A stretch of 62,435 bases of DNA, counting the filler, from Hausera hauseri (lineage: Eukaryota), in the NCBI GenBank assembly GCA_046269625.1. It is 10 parts of 10 records of this genome, joined end to end, with 100 filler letters (N's around TTAATTAATTAA, not from the genome) between each part and the next. Parts side by side here need not be neighbours in the genome. Positions count along the whole stretch, not along the records: positions 58,041 to 62,435 come from JBJURY010603110.1; 9 more parts are not named here. The stretch is one strand, 5' to 3'. The position numbers were made by a program, and so were the translations under genes. Within the stretch, counting starts at the first letter, position 1. Every line of letters begins with the position of its first letter. The notes below the pieces were generated by a model. It searched no databases. It worked only from the letters and a program-made list of their open reading frames with translations, and had not been told where the DNA came from. Of the stretch, positions 59,386 through 62,435 are shown piece by piece.

Positions 59386-61040
59386 TACCGGGCCTTTCCA
59401 TAGGACATCATTAAAGAAAAAGGGGTTTCTCCATACACTTCAGCTAAAACACTTAATGAATTGCAGTCTATTTCTGAGTTACCACAAAATGGGATAGTGT
59501 TAGTCATAGTAATTATAAGGAAGCGCAGCTTACCTGGTCCAAATATAGTTGTAGCAGTCTTTTAGATTACATGCTAGTATATATGAAACTAGATGTATAC
59601 TTGTTAGGTGATGTTTTCGAACGGTTTAGAAAGGAGATTAAGTTGCAGAATGGTTTAGAGGCTGTTAATTTCGTGTCCATTTCCGGATTATCTTGGGTCG
59701 CTGCACTGAAATCAAATCCGGAAATATACAATTTCTTTCAATCAGGTATTCGCGGTGGTATGACTTTTGTAAATAAGCATAGGGTTATCGCCGATGAAAG
59801 CACAAGTCCCTTGTATATAGATGTGAATAATTTGTACGGCTGGGCCTTATCACAAACTCTGCCATTTGCGAATTTGTCTTGGATTTACGATGAGGATAAA
59901 TTAAATAGTCTTACTGAGCAATTGCCTTATGTTGACAATGTTAGGAAAAAATGAAACCTAGTATTTGAGGTTGATTTAAGCATTCCATCTGACAAGCATG
60001 ATAAATTAGATTAATTGCCTTTAGCTCCAATCAATCAATGTCCTCCTGGTTCCAAAGTAAAGAAAATATTGCTGACACATGAGCGTAGGTCAAACTATGT
60101 TATTCACTATCGGCTGTTACAGTTGTACATGGAGTTAGGCGCTGTAGTTGAAAAGGTTCATCGCGCACTTGAGTTTAATCAAGGCTATCTTTTGGATTAT
60201 ATCAATTTAAATACTGCTAAGAGGGCTGCAGCGAATAATCCTTTTGAGAAAGATTTCTTTAAGCTTAAGAACAACAGTTTATATGGCAAGGCTGTTGAAA
60301 ATCTTCTGAAAAGGTCCAACTTGAGACTGTGTAATAATGATAAGAAGCTTAGTGCATATGCTACCAAGGCACAGTTTAAAGAAAGCATTATTATAGCCGA
60401 TTATCTAGTTGCCGTTCTCCTCGATAAAGGCATGGCTACATTAGACAGGCCCTCATACATTGGTCAGCCCGTACTTGATCTTTCCAAGTTGCGGATGTAT
60501 GAGTTAAATTATATCGAGTTGGAGTTTTATAGGCAACAGTTTAACTGTGAGATAAATATTATTGCTGGTGACAGACACAATTTCTTTCTTGAGTGTCATG
60601 GAGTTGATTGGCGATCACAGCTATTGCCAGCAATAAAAGCTAATAAACAGTTGGACACGTCTAATTACGAACATAGTGATCCGCTTTACTCAACTAGTTT
60701 CGCGCCTGTAATCGTAAATTTTAAGTATGGAAGTCTGGGCTGTGTCGAATACCAAGAGGCTATTTTCTTGAGACCAAAATGTTGTGCATTGAAAACTCAA
60801 AGCAGACCAGTCCTCAAATGCAAAGAAATAAATCTGAAACAAACAGACTTACAGTTCACCAAGTATCAACAGGCATATGAAAATTGGTGTGGAACAACAG
60901 TTGACCAGGAGCTCGTTGGAACGAAAAACCACCAGCTAATGACAATCAGTACCAAAAAGAAGGCACTAGACCCGTTAGACGACAAAAGACAGTGGTTTGA
61001 CAAAAATAAAAGTGTCGCATTTGGACATTACTGTATATGA
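59386..61040 (+). pseudogene. Maverick pPolB, 5'-truncated, catalytic motif C mutated
   Basis: KGV.PY, YMKLDVYLL.DVF, GIRGG, YIDVNNLYG, KLKNNSLYGK, RPSYIG, IIAGDRHN (DTDS lost), LRPK, DDKR; AATAAA 61085. Confidence 0.93.
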
Positions 61041-61189
61041 TTTTTGATTGTTGTTGTACATATTTTTATTGTTGTTGTTGTATCAATAAAAGTTTTTTGA
61101 TTAATTTCTTTTTTGTTCTTATTTTGATAAGCTTTTACTGAAATACGTTTTATCGTATTGTAGGAGGGAGGAAGAAAATTTTGTGTTAC

Positions 61190-61293
61190 CATCGACCAAT
61201 CACGTTACACATATAAATAGAAAATTTTTTGTCATATCGATTTTTTACTTCCCTTAGGGGGGTTGGCTAAGTGCGCTCCCTTCTTTCTACTAC
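61190..61293 (+). mobile_element. Maverick right-terminus-like sequence (CCAAT, TATA, G-run, CTACTAC)
   Basis: Similarity to 9515-9551 and 53705-53738. Confidence 0.55.
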
Positions 61294-62435
61294 AACGACG
61301 GTTTCGTTTTTCATTATTTCAACCGCGGCATTAAATACACTGTAAATGTATATCACTGTAGATTATTCGAGCGCTTTAGCAAAGTGAACCTCCAGTCTCA
61401 GGTTTCCTGCTGAGGTAACTGAGTCTGTTCAATGTCACAATACGGAACCAGGACAAAGGTGATGAAAGGATAGGTGGACTTGAACAATTACATCGATATG
61501 CCATTGTTGACAATTTTGTTCGGCAAACCCATGTTGCGCACGATAGATTGCATATATGTGCAAACGTAATCGCCGGTCTCGAAATCCTGCTTGTATGTCT
61601 CAACAAAATTCTCATTCTTACCCAAAGTGATGCAATTTACATTGCTATGGGTAAATATTTCCGAATCGGTGTATAACTGCCCGTTTGTTGAACAGTTGTT
61701 TAAAATGTAACGAGCACAAATTTCGGCAATCGCATATCGCAAAACAGTGCGTCATTGTAAAACGTTGTCAAACCTTTGGGTATGGTGTAAAAGACGAGTT
61801 CTGTACGTTGTAATGGGTAACAGGCATTTTGTGTTTCCAAGCCCAATCGATGTCCCACGAGCACAGATGGTTCTGTCTTTACTCGACGTACGTATAATTG
61901 TGCCTCGCTAATTTTCAGTATGGGTTTGAGATTTGCAACTGCAGTTTTTAAACAAAAACCATTGTCGCTGCGTTTGAGCCTAATCATGGCTTTAACACCG
62001 GGCAGTAGGTATTTCGGCTGATCGGAAAAGTGAGAGTACAGCGGTCCACACATTGTAAGTGATTTTTATTCTGCCACCCATGCCTGAAGGTTTGCTGCAG
62101 TGGAGTCATATCCAATGGTTTTCGTCAAATGAGTCGTTTTCGTATCTGCACTGTAATTCAGAGCCGTATTAATAAGTGCTTTGATATTGTATAGACTGGT
62201 TTTGCCTTCAATTTTGACGCTGTTTAGAGTCAGTGAAGTCTCCTGGAACAGTGTAAGGAAAAGGTAATTGGCCTGTGTGACAGTCTGTTGCAGCGAGAAC
62301 CGTTAATGCATCCTTTTTAACAATGATTTTTACATAGAGTAGCGTATCGTTCAAATTTAGGTATTCATTGTCCGATGCCATAATGTTGAATTGAATGTCA
62401 ATGTTATCGTCCGTCGAGACGGAATCAACGGGGTA
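61294..62435 (-). pseudogene. Maverick/adintovirus double-jelly-roll major capsid protein, frameshifted, cut by the window end
   Basis: IQFNI....EYLNLNDTLLYVK, LNYS, QPKYLLPGV...IRLKR, A.LYVRRV, CYPLQR......IPKG, LP...LV, GNLRLEVHF..AL, VEI. Confidence 0.85.

Overview
This window is not one locus. It is 10 short eukaryotic contigs joined by artificial 100-bp linkers (44 N + TTAATTAATTAA + 44 N): C1 1-4979, C2 5080-9248, C3 9349-14709, C4 14810-19257, C5 19358-23812, C6 23913-39262, C7 39363-48191, C8 48292-53126, C9 53227-57940, C10 58041-62435. C6 is a complete circular mitogenome of a pulmonate (land-snail-type) gastropod: 15,273 bp plus a 77-bp terminal overlap, with 13 CDS, 2 rRNA and 22 tRNA. 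C7 is animal nuclear DNA with MAM-domain exons, a SINE and a LINE-derived 2.54-kb tandem repeat. C1 and C4 are compact and gene-dense, probably from a second animal, possibly a flatworm; C1 has an intronless Trr/KMT2C-D-type SET gene. C2, C9, C10 and the start of C3 carry decayed Maverick/Polinton (adintovirus-like) parts: two pPolB pseudogenes, a major capsid pseudogene and several AGTAGT/ACTACT termini. C3 and C8 hold related Ty3/Gypsy relics, and C9 a mariner relic. The best candidates for something new are three. (i) A divergent intronless TBP-like gene whose promoter matches a motif inside a Maverick end. (ii) In C5, a virus-like unit where one leader exon (phase-1 donor) could splice to four alternative terminal RING/Zn-finger exons, all with phase-1 acceptors. 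(iii) A capicua gene fragment at a Gypsy LTR terminus. All calls come from reading the sequence and recognising motifs. No searches were run, and tRNA/rRNA ends are approximate.
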